Source of the DNA: Candidatus Omnitrophota bacterium
Lineage (GTDB): Bacteria > Omnitrophota > Gorgyraeia > JABMRN01 > RBG-13-46-9
Length of the DNA: 64,000 nucleotides
Direction: 5' to 3'
Assembly (NCBI GenBank): GCA_013203315.1
Contig: JABMQJ010000016.1
Location: 4,956-68,955, forward strand
Both the position numbers and the translations under genes were made by a program. The stretch's first letter is position 1; each line of letters opens with the position of its first letter. A model generated the notes under the pieces. That model searched no databases and was not told the origin of the DNA. It saw only the letters and a list, made by a program, of their open reading frames with translations. Below, one piece after another: positions 26,875-35,509 of this stretch.

Positions 26875-29034
26875 ATGAAAAGAAAAAAGCATTATAAAAG
26901 CGGCGTGACGCTGATCGAGCTTATGATGTCGGTTCTCCTGGGCACCATTTTGCTAGGCATTGTCTTAGGCGCATGGTATTTTACCTATAGAAACTGGGCG
27001 CTTGATAGAATAAGGACAAAGAACAGGGTTGAGCTTCAAATCGCCGTGGAACGGATCAAGAGCGAGCTCAGGCTTTCAAGCACTACATACCTAAGCCTTC
27101 ACCCCGCAGGTGAAACCGAATACACTGCCATAAGTTTTCCGATGGCAGATTCTGACGCGAACGGCTTTTTTAGCTTAGACGGCGATGGGCACATCGACTG
27201 GGATAAGAGCGTCATATACCACGTTTATGATAATTCGTCGACAGGATTCACGGAGCTTAGGAAAACAGAGTTTACCAGCAACCACGACGTATTAGTTGTC
27301 GATGCCCAAAGAGAGACACAGCTTGCCAATGCCGTGGCAAACGGAGACGGTTCGAGTGGACCCAACTCAGCTAATGCAACTACTGAAACTATAGTCGAAA
27401 AACTCACAAGTTTTATCATAAACCCGCAGGCGCAGGAATTTGACGGGTACAGCCCTACTGCCAAAAAAAGCGACAACGTGACGTTCGGTAGCGTCAGGCT
27501 TACATCGGGAAATCATGATTTCAGGTTCGAGGTAACCGGGAAAAATACCAATAATACCGATCCGTCGGGATATAAATTTGGCATAGACACGCTTTCTATT
27601 TCACCGAGTGGCTGCAAGCAGGAAATGGAGGTTTACACGCCTCAAGCATCAAGTGGGGATACTAGCGCAAAGATCGGCCCCAATTTACTCTGGAGCGGAA
27701 ATAATTTTCAGCGATACAGTGCTGACGCAGTCGGCGACTATGCCACCTTTAGGCTATATTACGACAGCTGGCTTGAATCCAATTTTGATAATTCTGTAAG
27801 AGAGAATACGATTTTGACAGGTGACGATCTATCCGTGCAATTACCGGATCTCGATTCGGGAGAAGAAGTTACGTGGACCGCAGATGTTGAAGCGGGTAGT
27901 GTAAACGGCGATGCGGTAAAAGCGGATTTTCCTTTGACACTCGCCGGAATAACTATAAGAAATGTTATTTCCTCCGTCAACATCGATTCAGGCGGAAATG
28001 CATTTAGAGTCCAGTTTGACTCGCATTCTACTTCTCCCCTGACAATTGATGCCGCTTATATTGACGAAAGGGATTCCGGCGAAAATTGCGTGAATCCTCC
28101 GGTAACCACAACCCCCGGTGAAACAAGGATACAACTTTATTTTACCGACGCTTTGGATAATATTCTGCCGGGAATAACAATTCCCGCCGGTGAGAGCGCA
28201 TATTCGAATTGGGCAATTTTTCCGATTGATTCTTCAAAAAATTACTTTGTGACCTTCTCTGTATCAGGGGCCTCATTTGCAAGCCACTGGGCCGGGACCG
28301 AGCCAACTGAAACAAATTCATATTTGATGGGTGGCGATTATGCTGCACAGGCTGTGTGGTCTGATGTGACCCATTATCTCGTACATGAGTCTTTACCTCC
28401 CTTCGCCGACGAAAGGTACACTTCATCCGCGAATATTTACGCGCAGGCTTCGCTTGAGGTTTGGTCACAAAGCGGTAGTGTTACAACGCAGATTTATGAT
28501 ACAAAAATAGCGAACCCAGTTTATAGGCCAATGAATTATTCGAGCTTTGGATCTGTTTCGGTCTACGGTCGTTCAAGTGATGATTCCCTTATGAGCGGGG
28601 CATCGGCGTGGACTGCCGGATCTGTGACCGGCACAGGAAGATATGCGCAGGCCAAAGCAGATCTTTCTGTAATACCGTATTGGACATGCATCGATCATTC
28701 GGCGGCTATAAATGTCCCAGATTCAAGCTATAAAAATTCCGGCATGATAACCTGCTCAGGGGCGGGATGTGGAAAGTTTCTTATTCCGACTCAGGGCGTT
28801 AATGCGCCCTGGGTCGATAATATTTTAGTCACCTGGCCGGGAGAGACAACGATGTGCGACATAAGCGGTTATTTTGCGCAAGATTCAGACTACGGAATTA
28901 TAAAACTTCTTGTAGATGGAAATGAGCTGATAAAGGGTATGGAGTTTAATGTAACGGTTTACGAAGATTTTCAAGGTGCGGTCTATACAACAAGCCAACA
29001 AACTGAGGTCGAACCGAGGAATACCGGAAAATGA
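26875..29034 (+). CDS. Giant (719 aa) minor pilin / pseudopilin, Ser/Thr/Gly/Asp-rich, probable pilus-tip adhesin
   Basis: 'HYKSG|VTLIELMMSVLLGTILLGIVL' (G-1, E+5) prepilin N-terminus followed by ~680 aa of beta-rich, S/T/G/N/D-rich sequence; 4-nt overlap (ATGA) with the next gene. Confidence 0.6.
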   Translation: MKRKKHYKSGVTLIELMMSVLLGTILLGIVLGAWYFTYRNWALDRIRTKNRVELQIAVERIKSELRLSSTTYLSLHPAGETEYTAISFPMADSDANGFFSLDGDGHIDWDKSVIYHVYDNSSTGFTELRKTEFTSNHDVLVVDAQRETQLANAVANGDGSSGPNSANATTETIVEKLTSFIINPQAQEFDGYSPTAKKSDNVTFGSVRLTSGNHDFRFEVTGKNTNNTDPSGYKFGIDTLSISPSGCKQEMEVYTPQASSGDTSAKIGPNLLWSGNNFQRYSADAVGDYATFRLYYDSWLESNFDNSVRENTILTGDDLSVQLPDLDSGEEVTWTADVEAGSVNGDAVKADFPLTLAGITIRNVISSVNIDSGGNAFRVQFDSHSTSPLTIDAAYIDERDSGENCVNPPVTTTPGETRIQLYFTDALDNILPGITIPAGESAYSNWAIFPIDSSKNYFVTFSVSGASFASHWAGTEPTETNSYLMGGDYAAQAVWSDVTHYLVHESLPPFADERYTSSANIYAQASLEVWSQSGSVTTQIYDTKIANPVYRPMNYSSFGSVSVYGRSSDDSLMSGASAWTAGSVTGTGRYAQAKADLSVIPYWTCIDHSAAINVPDSSYKNSGMITCSGAGCGKFLIPTQGVNAPWVDNILVTWPGETTMCDISGYFAQDSDYGIIKLLVDGNELIKGMEFNVTVYEDFQGAVYTTSQQTEVEPRNTGK

Positions 29035-30191
29035 TTAAAAATAAAAAAGGCGCAATATTCATAACCGTTATGGTTATTTCCATGCTTATGATTTTGGTGG
29101 GTGTAAGCGCCTCAAACATGTTAATGCAGGATGTCCACATGGTCAAGTACTTGAAAAAATCCACGACGGCGCAGTATATTGCCGAAGCGGGTATAAACGA
29201 CGGCCTGGCGACACTAGTGCAAAACGGTTTTGCGGCCAAGGATACGGATTTTCCTTTAATTGATAATACTTTTGGCGGGGGAGGCTATAATGTTACTGTG
29301 AGCGAAGTAGGCGGCAGGGTGCTTCTAACATCGGTCGGCACTTTTGAGAGTATTTCGCGAACAGTTGCGGCGGAAGTAAAGGATAATACTGCTACGGCAC
29401 TTTTGTATATGATGGCATCCGGCACTGACTTAAGACTCAGGGCATTTTTTCTGGGTCTTGCGGATATCAATGGTGATCTTCATGCAAATAACGATTTGAG
29501 GTTAAAAGCACAGGCGCTTGCGCTTATTGACATAGACCCTTGTGGCGCCACATGTTGCGATGGAAACATCTCGGCCTGTAACAGGATTTTCCAAGCAACC
29601 GGATTTTTAGGTTTTATAAATGTTGCAGGAAGCACAACCGAAGGCATTACCGTTGCGCCGGTATCGTTTCCCCAGTTTGACTACGCCTATTATGTAGTCC
29701 AAGCAGTAGCCAGCGGTGATTACTATAATGGAGATACCGACTTCGGTTCAGTTGGCACTACGACCGACCTCACCCCAGGAAACGGTATAGTATACGTTAA
29801 CGGTACCGCCAATTTATTTGGAACTGTAAATCTAAACGGAGGGATCGTTGCGGATAAGATCAATGTCCGCGGCCGGTTAAACCAGATAAAAACAGGTAGT
29901 AAAAATGTTATTATCGCAAAAGGAAGCGATACCGGAGGCACCGAAGGCGACATAAGCATATTTTTTCGGTTGGATGTCGAAGAGGCCGTTGTTTTTGCTG
30001 CGCGCGACTTCAAGGTAGTCGCGGCTTTTTCGACTGTTGTAGTTACGGGTTCTCTTTTGGGCAGGAGAAACATAAGAATCTGGGATTTGCTAAGCAGTAT
30101 CACCTATAACCACAAACTTTTAAGTCCTACCGGAATACTTGGCCCAAATGGCGAAACCGAGCCATTCACAGTAGTTAGCTGGAATAAGTAA
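29031..30191 (+). CDS. PilX-like pilus assembly protein (PilX_N domain)
   Basis: N-terminus 'KGAIFITVMVISMLMILVGVSASNMLMQD...AQYIAEAGINDGLA' matches the PilX N-terminal domain; Gly/Thr-rich beta-repeat body. Confidence 0.55.
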   Translation: MIKNKKGAIFITVMVISMLMILVGVSASNMLMQDVHMVKYLKKSTTAQYIAEAGINDGLATLVQNGFAAKDTDFPLIDNTFGGGGYNVTVSEVGGRVLLTSVGTFESISRTVAAEVKDNTATALLYMMASGTDLRLRAFFLGLADINGDLHANNDLRLKAQALALIDIDPCGATCCDGNISACNRIFQATGFLGFINVAGSTTEGITVAPVSFPQFDYAYYVVQAVASGDYYNGDTDFGSVGTTTDLTPGNGIVYVNGTANLFGTVNLNGGIVADKINVRGRLNQIKTGSKNVIIAKGSDTGGTEGDISIFFRLDVEEAVVFAARDFKVVAAFSTVVVTGSLLGRRNIRIWDLLSSITYNHKLLSPTGILGPNGETEPFTVVSWNK

Positions 30192-30270
30192 GGGGACGTC
30201 TCACTTTGACCTATCCTTTTGCCGCGCAAAGGGTTATGACGCCTACCGGTACATTTTACAAAAATTCTGC

Positions 30271-30298
30271 TTGACAAATTGAAAAGTTATGCTAAATT
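30271..30298 (+). promoter_or_regulatory. Putative promoter of rplU-rpmA-obg operon (TTGACA-16-TAAATT)
   Basis: TTGACA 30271-30276, 16-nt spacer, TAAATT 30293-30298, AT-rich UP-like region; RBS 'aggagat' before rplU. Confidence 0.35.
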
Positions 30299-30352
30299 AA
30301 GTAACCTTATAGCTGTATTACTAATATATTAACAAATAATTAGGAGATAACG

Positions 30353-30664
30353 ATGTACGCAATAGTAGAACTCGGAGGCAGGCAATATAGGGTAGAGAAG
30401 AATAGCGAACTTCTTGTAAACAGGATGCCCGGCAAGCCATCCAGCGTAGTAAAATTTAAACACATACTGTTTGCGAAAGAAAAAAATGCCTATCATTCGG
30501 GGACTCCGTATTTAAAGGATGCCTATGTAACGTGTGAAATTTTATCGCATCCGCGGGCAAAAAAAGTAATAGCGTTTAAATATAAAAGGCGCAAAAGTCA
30601 AAAGAGGATAAAGGGCCACAGACAGGACCTGACGAAACTCAAGGTTAAGGAAATAAAGATATAG
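30353..30664 (+). CDS. rplU: 50S ribosomal protein L21
   Basis: 'MYAIVELGGRQYRVEKNSELLVNR' canonical L21 N-terminus, 103 aa. Confidence 0.95.
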   Translation: MYAIVELGGRQYRVEKNSELLVNRMPGKPSSVVKFKHILFAKEKNAYHSGTPYLKDAYVTCEILSHPRAKKVIAFKYKRRKSQKRIKGHRQDLTKLKVKEIKI

Positions 30665-30673
30665 GAGTTTAGT

Positions 30674-30913
30674 ATGGCACATAAAAAGGGATTAGGAAGC
30701 TCTAGGAACGGTAGAGACTCTAACTCGCAACGCCTTGGCGTAAAGCGATACGGCGGACAGTTTGTCCTGGCTGGCAATATTATTATAAGGCAGCGCGGGA
30801 CACCTTTTAAGGCCGGTCTGAACGTCGGCCTGGGCAGGGATGATACACTTTTTGCCAAGGCAGACGGCATTGTTACTTTTTCCTCGCGCGTAGTAAGCGT
30901 CTTACCGAAATGA
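30674..30913 (+). CDS. rpmA: 50S ribosomal protein L27
   Basis: '[29 protein letters not shown]' canonical L27. Confidence 0.95.
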   Translation: MAHKKGLGSSRNGRDSNSQRLGVKRYGGQFVLAGNIIIRQRGTPFKAGLNVGLGRDDTLFAKADGIVTFSSRVVSVLPK

Positions 30914-30914
30914 A

Positions 30915-31877
30915 ATGCTTATTGATCAGGCCAAAATTCATGTCAAAGCCGGTGATGGCGGTAACGGTTGCACGAGTTTTTATCGAGATAAATTCGTGCG
31001 CAAGGGTAAGCCTAACGGCGGAGACGGCGGAGCCGGCGGCAATCTAATCTTTAAGGTGGATAAAAATATCCGCACCCTCCTCGATTTTCAATACAACAGA
31101 CACTTCAAAGCAGCGCGTGGCAGACATGGCGGTTCCAATAATAAAACCGGAAGAAGCGGTGAAGACCGCTATGTAAAAGTTCCTCCCGGAACAATACTTA
31201 AAGACGTGGCTACGGACCTCCTCTTAAGAGACTTAACGCATGACGGCGAAGAAGTTATTGTGGCCGTAGGCGGAAGCGGGGGAAAAGGGAATACAAAAAA
31301 AAGAGATGCTACTTCCGGAGAAAAAGGCGAGGCCAAGGAACTCGCGCTAGAATTAAAGCTCATCGCCGATATCGGTATTATCGGTTATCCCAACGTTGGT
31401 AAATCCACCCTCATCTCGCGCGTCTCAAGCGCGAAATCGAAAATCGCATGTTATCCTTTTACAACTAAAGCACCCATACTCGGCATCGTGAAAATGTATG
31501 ATGGCGACCTGGCGTTTGCTGACATGCCGGGACTCATCGAAGGCGCGCACAAGGGGCGCGGGCTTGGTGATGAATTCTTAAGACACATAGAGCGAACTAG
31601 AATTTTAGTGCACATGGTCGACATTGCCCAGGTTGAGACAAGGAACGCATACGACGACTACGTTTCCATAAATAACGAACTATCGCTCTATGGCAGGCAC
31701 TTAAGCGCGAAGCTGCAAGTCATAGCCTGCAACAAGATGGACCTCCAAGATGCAAAGAAAAATCTTGACGCCTTTCGAAAGAAAATAGATAAAAAAGTGT
31801 TTCCTATTTCTGCGGTAACGGGTGTTGGGGTTAAAGAATTGTTGGATGAGATTTGGAACCTGGCGAAGAACGGCTAA
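30915..31877 (+). CDS. obg: GTPase Obg/CgtA (short form, no C-terminal extension)
   Basis: Obg fold N-terminus 'MLIDQAKIHVKAGDGGNGCTSF', Gly-rich repeats, G1 'GYPNVGKST', G3 'DMPGLIEGA', G4 'NKMD'. Confidence 0.9.
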   Translation: MLIDQAKIHVKAGDGGNGCTSFYRDKFVRKGKPNGGDGGAGGNLIFKVDKNIRTLLDFQYNRHFKAARGRHGGSNNKTGRSGEDRYVKVPPGTILKDVATDLLLRDLTHDGEEVIVAVGGSGGKGNTKKRDATSGEKGEAKELALELKLIADIGIIGYPNVGKSTLISRVSSAKSKIACYPFTTKAPILGIVKMYDGDLAFADMPGLIEGAHKGRGLGDEFLRHIERTRILVHMVDIAQVETRNAYDDYVSINNELSLYGRHLSAKLQVIACNKMDLQDAKKNLDAFRKKIDKKVFPISAVTGVGVKELLDEIWNLAKNG

Positions 31878-31887
31878 TGAGGTAAAA

Positions 31888-32985
31888 ATGAAATACAAAA
31901 AAATTGTTATCAAAATAGGCACAAGTGTCCTGGCTAAAAAAACCGGCCAGATCGACAAAAATATTATCGATAGTATTGCTTCCGGGGTATCGTCACTTTT
32001 AGATAAAGGCATAAAAGTTATACTCGTAAGCTCAGGCGCGATAGGCGCGGGAACGGGCGTTCTTAAATTAAAACAAGTTCCGACGTCTTTATCCGATTTG
32101 CAGGCTATAGCCTCAGTAGGGCAGAATGAGCTCATGCGTCTTTATAGCGAAGCCTTCAAAAAACGAAAACACTTAATAGGACAGATTCTCCTGACGCAGG
32201 ATGATTTTAACAACAGGCGCCGGTACCTCAATATCAAGTATACCATTGACACTTTAGCTTCAAAGAAAATTATCCCGATAGTTAATGAAAACGATACCGT
32301 TTCGACGGAGGAGATCAAGTGCGGGGATAATGACCGCCTCGCAAGCCTCGTGGCTGATCTTTGTGAGGCGGATTGCCTGGTTATGCTCACGAATGTCGAC
32401 GGACTTTACGACAAGGAAGGATCGGTTATAACCATTGTAGATGAAATATCGGATGACATAAAGAAACTCGCCGTAAATAAGTGCTTATCTTTTACAAAAG
32501 GCGGTATGGCAACTAAAATCGAAGCGGCCGGGAGGGCTATCCATTCAGGAATCGATTGTTTTATCGCAAACGGCAAATTCGCAGATAGCGTAGCCGACAT
32601 TTTGGAAAACAAGAAAAAATGTACATATTTCATGGCAAAAACAAAAAAAAATAAGGCAAAGAAGCGATGGATAGCCTATTCCTCAAAGATTAAGGGGAAA
32701 ATAATTGTCGATGACGGGGCGAAAAAAGCCCTCGTAGCAAGCCACAAGAGCCTTCTCTCTTCCGGTGTCATCGGAAAAGAAGGTAGTTTTAAGGCCGGAG
32801 ATGTTGTCGCAATAGCGGACTCGAAAAAACAGGAATTCGCCAGGGGTCTTACAAGTTACGCGTCGAAGGAGATAGAGAGGATCAAGGGCCTGAAGACAAG
32901 CCAGATAAAATCGGCCCTGGGCTATAAAGATCACGACGAGGTTGTTCACCGGGATAACCTCGTTATTTTATCGATAACGGAGTAG
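31888..32985 (+). CDS. proB: Glutamate 5-kinase (with C-terminal PUA domain)
   Basis: 'KIVIKIGTSVL' AAK-family N-terminus, PUA domain at C-terminus. Start set to the ATG at 31888 (RBS 'tgaggtaaaa', just after obg stop) rather than the ORF-track 31822. Confidence 0.9.
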   Translation: MKYKKIVIKIGTSVLAKKTGQIDKNIIDSIASGVSSLLDKGIKVILVSSGAIGAGTGVLKLKQVPTSLSDLQAIASVGQNELMRLYSEAFKKRKHLIGQILLTQDDFNNRRRYLNIKYTIDTLASKKIIPIVNENDTVSTEEIKCGDNDRLASLVADLCEADCLVMLTNVDGLYDKEGSVITIVDEISDDIKKLAVNKCLSFTKGGMATKIEAAGRAIHSGIDCFIANGKFADSVADILENKKKCTYFMAKTKKNKAKKRWIAYSSKIKGKIIVDDGAKKALVASHKSLLSSGVIGKEGSFKAGDVVAIADSKKQEFARGLTSYASKEIERIKGLKTSQIKSALGYKDHDEVVHRDNLVILSITE

Positions 32986-32988
32986 GGA

Positions 32989-34251
32989 ATGAATCTTAAA
33001 AAAGAGATTATAGAAATCGCAAGGCAAGCGAAAATTGCGTCCAGGGCGCTCTGCTCCTTAAAAAGCAAAGCAAAAAACGCAGCCTTAAAGCAAATGGCAA
33101 AGAATTTAATTAAATCCAAATCTTTCATCTTGAAGGCAAATGAGAAAGATCTTAGAAAAGCTAAAAAATCCGGGCTTAAAGTGTCTTTCGTGGACCGCTT
33201 AAAACTGAATGAAAAACGAATAATTGATATGGCAGATTCAGTGGCTAGCGTTGCCAGGCTGGAAGACCCGGTTGGGATTATGGAAAGATTGACAAAAAGG
33301 CCGAACGGCCTTCTTATAGGGAAAGTGCGCGTTCCCATAGGCGTGATTTGCGTCATTTACGAATCCAGACCTAATGTGACCGCTGACTGTATCGGGCTTT
33401 GCTTAAAATCCGGTAATAGTGTGATTTTAAGAGGCGGTAGCGAAGCCATGAATTCAAATATAGCGATATTCGACGTCTTAAACAGGGCTGCCGCAAAAAT
33501 GAACCTCCCGAAAAACGCCATTAACATGGTGAAGACGCCCGACCGCAAAGCGGTTGATGCCTTGCTGGGCGCAGAGGGCTTGATTGATGTTATTATACCG
33601 AGGGGCGGAGAGTCCCTCATACGAGAGGTAACAAGAAAGTCAAGAATCCCGGTTATCAAGCACTACAAGGGCGTGTGCCATGTGTATGTGGACGAGGACG
33701 CAGATTTGAACATGGCAGAGTCTATTGCCTTTAATGCCAAGGTCCAGCGGCCCGGCGTGTGTAACGCCATGGAAACGCTTCTTGTCCACAGGGACGTCGC
33801 GGTGCGCTTTTTACCGTCTCTGGCCAAAAAGCTTATCGATGCCGGAGTCCAGTTGCGCGGGTGCGCGCTCACTAAAAGAATTTTACGAAATAGAACAATA
33901 AAAAAAGCCAAGGAATCCGACTGGCCAAAAGAGTACTTGGAATTAATACTTTCGGTGAAAGTAGTTAACAACCTTAAAGAGGCGATTGATCATATAAGTA
34001 AATACGGCACATCACATTCCGACGCTATTGTTACCGAAAACCATGAGCGCGCCATGGAATTCCTTGAGAAAGTGGATTCAAGCTCGGTTTATGTAAACGC
34101 TTCAACGCGTTTTACCGATGGTTACGAATTCGGTAAGGGCGCAGAGATAGGCATAAGCACAGACAAGCTTCATGCCCGCGGCCCGATGGGTTTGGAAGAA
34201 CTAACTACATATAAATACGTTATATTCGGTAATGGGCAGATCCGCAAATAA
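32989..34251 (+). CDS. proA: Gamma-glutamyl phosphate reductase
   Basis: ALDH-superfamily, 'PIGVICVIYESRPNVT', catalytic Cys region 'GVCNAMETLLVH'; follows proB. Confidence 0.9.
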   Translation: MNLKKEIIEIARQAKIASRALCSLKSKAKNAALKQMAKNLIKSKSFILKANEKDLRKAKKSGLKVSFVDRLKLNEKRIIDMADSVASVARLEDPVGIMERLTKRPNGLLIGKVRVPIGVICVIYESRPNVTADCIGLCLKSGNSVILRGGSEAMNSNIAIFDVLNRAAAKMNLPKNAINMVKTPDRKAVDALLGAEGLIDVIIPRGGESLIREVTRKSRIPVIKHYKGVCHVYVDEDADLNMAESIAFNAKVQRPGVCNAMETLLVHRDVAVRFLPSLAKKLIDAGVQLRGCALTKRILRNRTIKKAKESDWPKEYLELILSVKVVNNLKEAIDHISKYGTSHSDAIVTENHERAMEFLEKVDSSSVYVNASTRFTDGYEFGKGAEIGISTDKLHARGPMGLEELTTYKYVIFGNGQIRK

Positions 34252-34822
34252 ACAAATCGGAATATTAGGTGGCACTTTTAACCCTATTCATAACGGGCAT
34301 ATCTACATAGCTCTACGCGCGTTAAATGCACTTCACCTGCGGAAGATTATATTTGTTCCTACATACACGCCTCCTCATAAAAAAATTCATGGTAACGTAA
34401 AAACAAAGGACAGGATCAAAATGCTGCGTCTGGCGCTATGCGGCAGAAAAAAATTTGCCATTTCTTTATACGAAATAAATAAAAAGGAGAGGTCGTACTC
34501 AATAAAAACCGCTAAATTTTTTAAAAAAAAGCTAGGGAAAAATACTAAACTCTTTTTTGTGATTGGCACAGACTCTTTGGTGGGCTTAAAGAAATGGAAA
34601 GATTTTTCGAATTTAGCGAAACTTGTGCAATTTGCGGTGATTTCGAGGCCGGGATTTATGGTAAAAAATGCCCCTGCGGGCGTGCTTAAGGTAAAAGTCC
34701 CCGGCAAAAATGTATCTTCGACGGAGATAAGGCGCAGGGTAAGTAGGGGATTGGCCTTAAAAGGCCTTGTGCCGGGTGTTGTTTCTCGGTATATTAAAGC
34801 GAAGGGTTTATATGGCGCGTAA
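34232..34822 (+). CDS. nadD: Nicotinate-nucleotide adenylyltransferase
   Basis: 'ILGGTFNPIHNGH' (H/T)xGH nucleotidyltransferase motif, 'ISSTEIRRR' C-terminal motif. Confidence 0.85.
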   Translation: MGRSANKQIGILGGTFNPIHNGHIYIALRALNALHLRKIIFVPTYTPPHKKIHGNVKTKDRIKMLRLALCGRKKFAISLYEINKKERSYSIKTAKFFKKKLGKNTKLFFVIGTDSLVGLKKWKDFSNLAKLVQFAVISRPGFMVKNAPAGVLKVKVPGKNVSSTEIRRRVSRGLALKGLVPGVVSRYIKAKGLYGA

Positions 34823-34911
34823 GGATTTTTGCCGTAATTTGCGCTATTCAACTTGAATTTGATGCGAATATGTGCTAAACTTGTGACAACTAAAAAAAAG
34901 GAGGTGCTGTA

Positions 34912-35079
34912 ATGGCAGAAATGGAATTTTTTGATGTGAAGACAAAGAAAAAATTCAAAACAGGTGAGTTTAGGATTGAAGAGAGAAAAGGCCGGTTTTT
35001 TGCGGTAGCTAAATCCCCAACAGGAACTCATGAGTGTTGGAGAGTTGTATCCAAGGACGCAGCGGCTAAGCTGAAATAA
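34912..35079 (+). CDS. Small basic hypothetical protein (55 aa), below the ORF-track size cutoff
   Basis: ATG preceded by a near-perfect SD 'aaaggaggtg' 6 nt upstream; ORF 'MAEMEFFDVKTKKKFKTGEFRIEERKGRFFAVAKSPTGTHECWRVVSKDAAAKLK'. No recognised family. Confidence 0.4.
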   Translation: MAEMEFFDVKTKKKFKTGEFRIEERKGRFFAVAKSPTGTHECWRVVSKDAAAKLK

Positions 35080-35122
35080 TATAGCGTAATAGCGACAAAA
35101 TATTAGCTGCATCCTAATCGAA

Positions 35123-35509
35123 GTGAGAATAAACATAAAAGCTACCGAAAAAGCAAAACGGATAAGTGCCGCCGCGCTTGATTATAAAGCCGAGGACGTT
35201 GTCATAATGGACATGCGGGCGGTTTCAAATATAACTGATTTTTTCGTTATCTCGAGCGCGTCTTCAACAAGAAGGGTTCAGGCTATAGCAGACGGCATAG
35301 AAGAAGCCCTTAAAAACGACGCCTTAAAAAAAGCGCATATCGAAGGAAAAAAAGAAGCTCTTTGGGTGCTCATCGATTACGGAGATGTCATAGTACACAT
35401 ATTTCATAGCAAGATGCGAGAGTTTTATAATCTGGAAAGGCTATGGCATGACGCGCCCAAGGAGCGCATTTCTCTCCAATGCACATCACACAAATCCAAA
35501 AAAATCTGA
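35123..35509 (+). CDS. rsfS: Ribosomal silencing factor RsfS (Iojap-like)
   Basis: 'DVVIMDMRAVSNITDFFVISSASSTRRVQAIAD...LWVLIDYGDVIVHIFHSKMREFYNLERLW' matches RsfS/DUF143; nadD-rsfS adjacency is widely conserved. Confidence 0.8.
   Translation: MRINIKATEKAKRISAAALDYKAEDVVIMDMRAVSNITDFFVISSASSTRRVQAIADGIEEALKNDALKKAHIEGKKEALWVLIDYGDVIVHIFHSKMREFYNLERLWHDAPKERISLQCTSHKSKKI

Noticed and set aside
31822-31887. ORF-track start of proB at 31822
   Set aside because: Overlaps obg by 56 nt. The ATG at 31888 follows the obg stop and an RBS, and begins the conserved 'KIVIKIGTSVL' kinase N-terminus.
34387-35136. 249-aa minus-strand ORF spanning the nadD 3' end and the small-ORF region
   Set aside because: Overlaps the well-supported nadD gene and the SD-containing small ORF on the + strand. 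Its sequence is low-complexity (F/L/K-rich) with no motif. It is typical of antisense frames in AT-rich genes.
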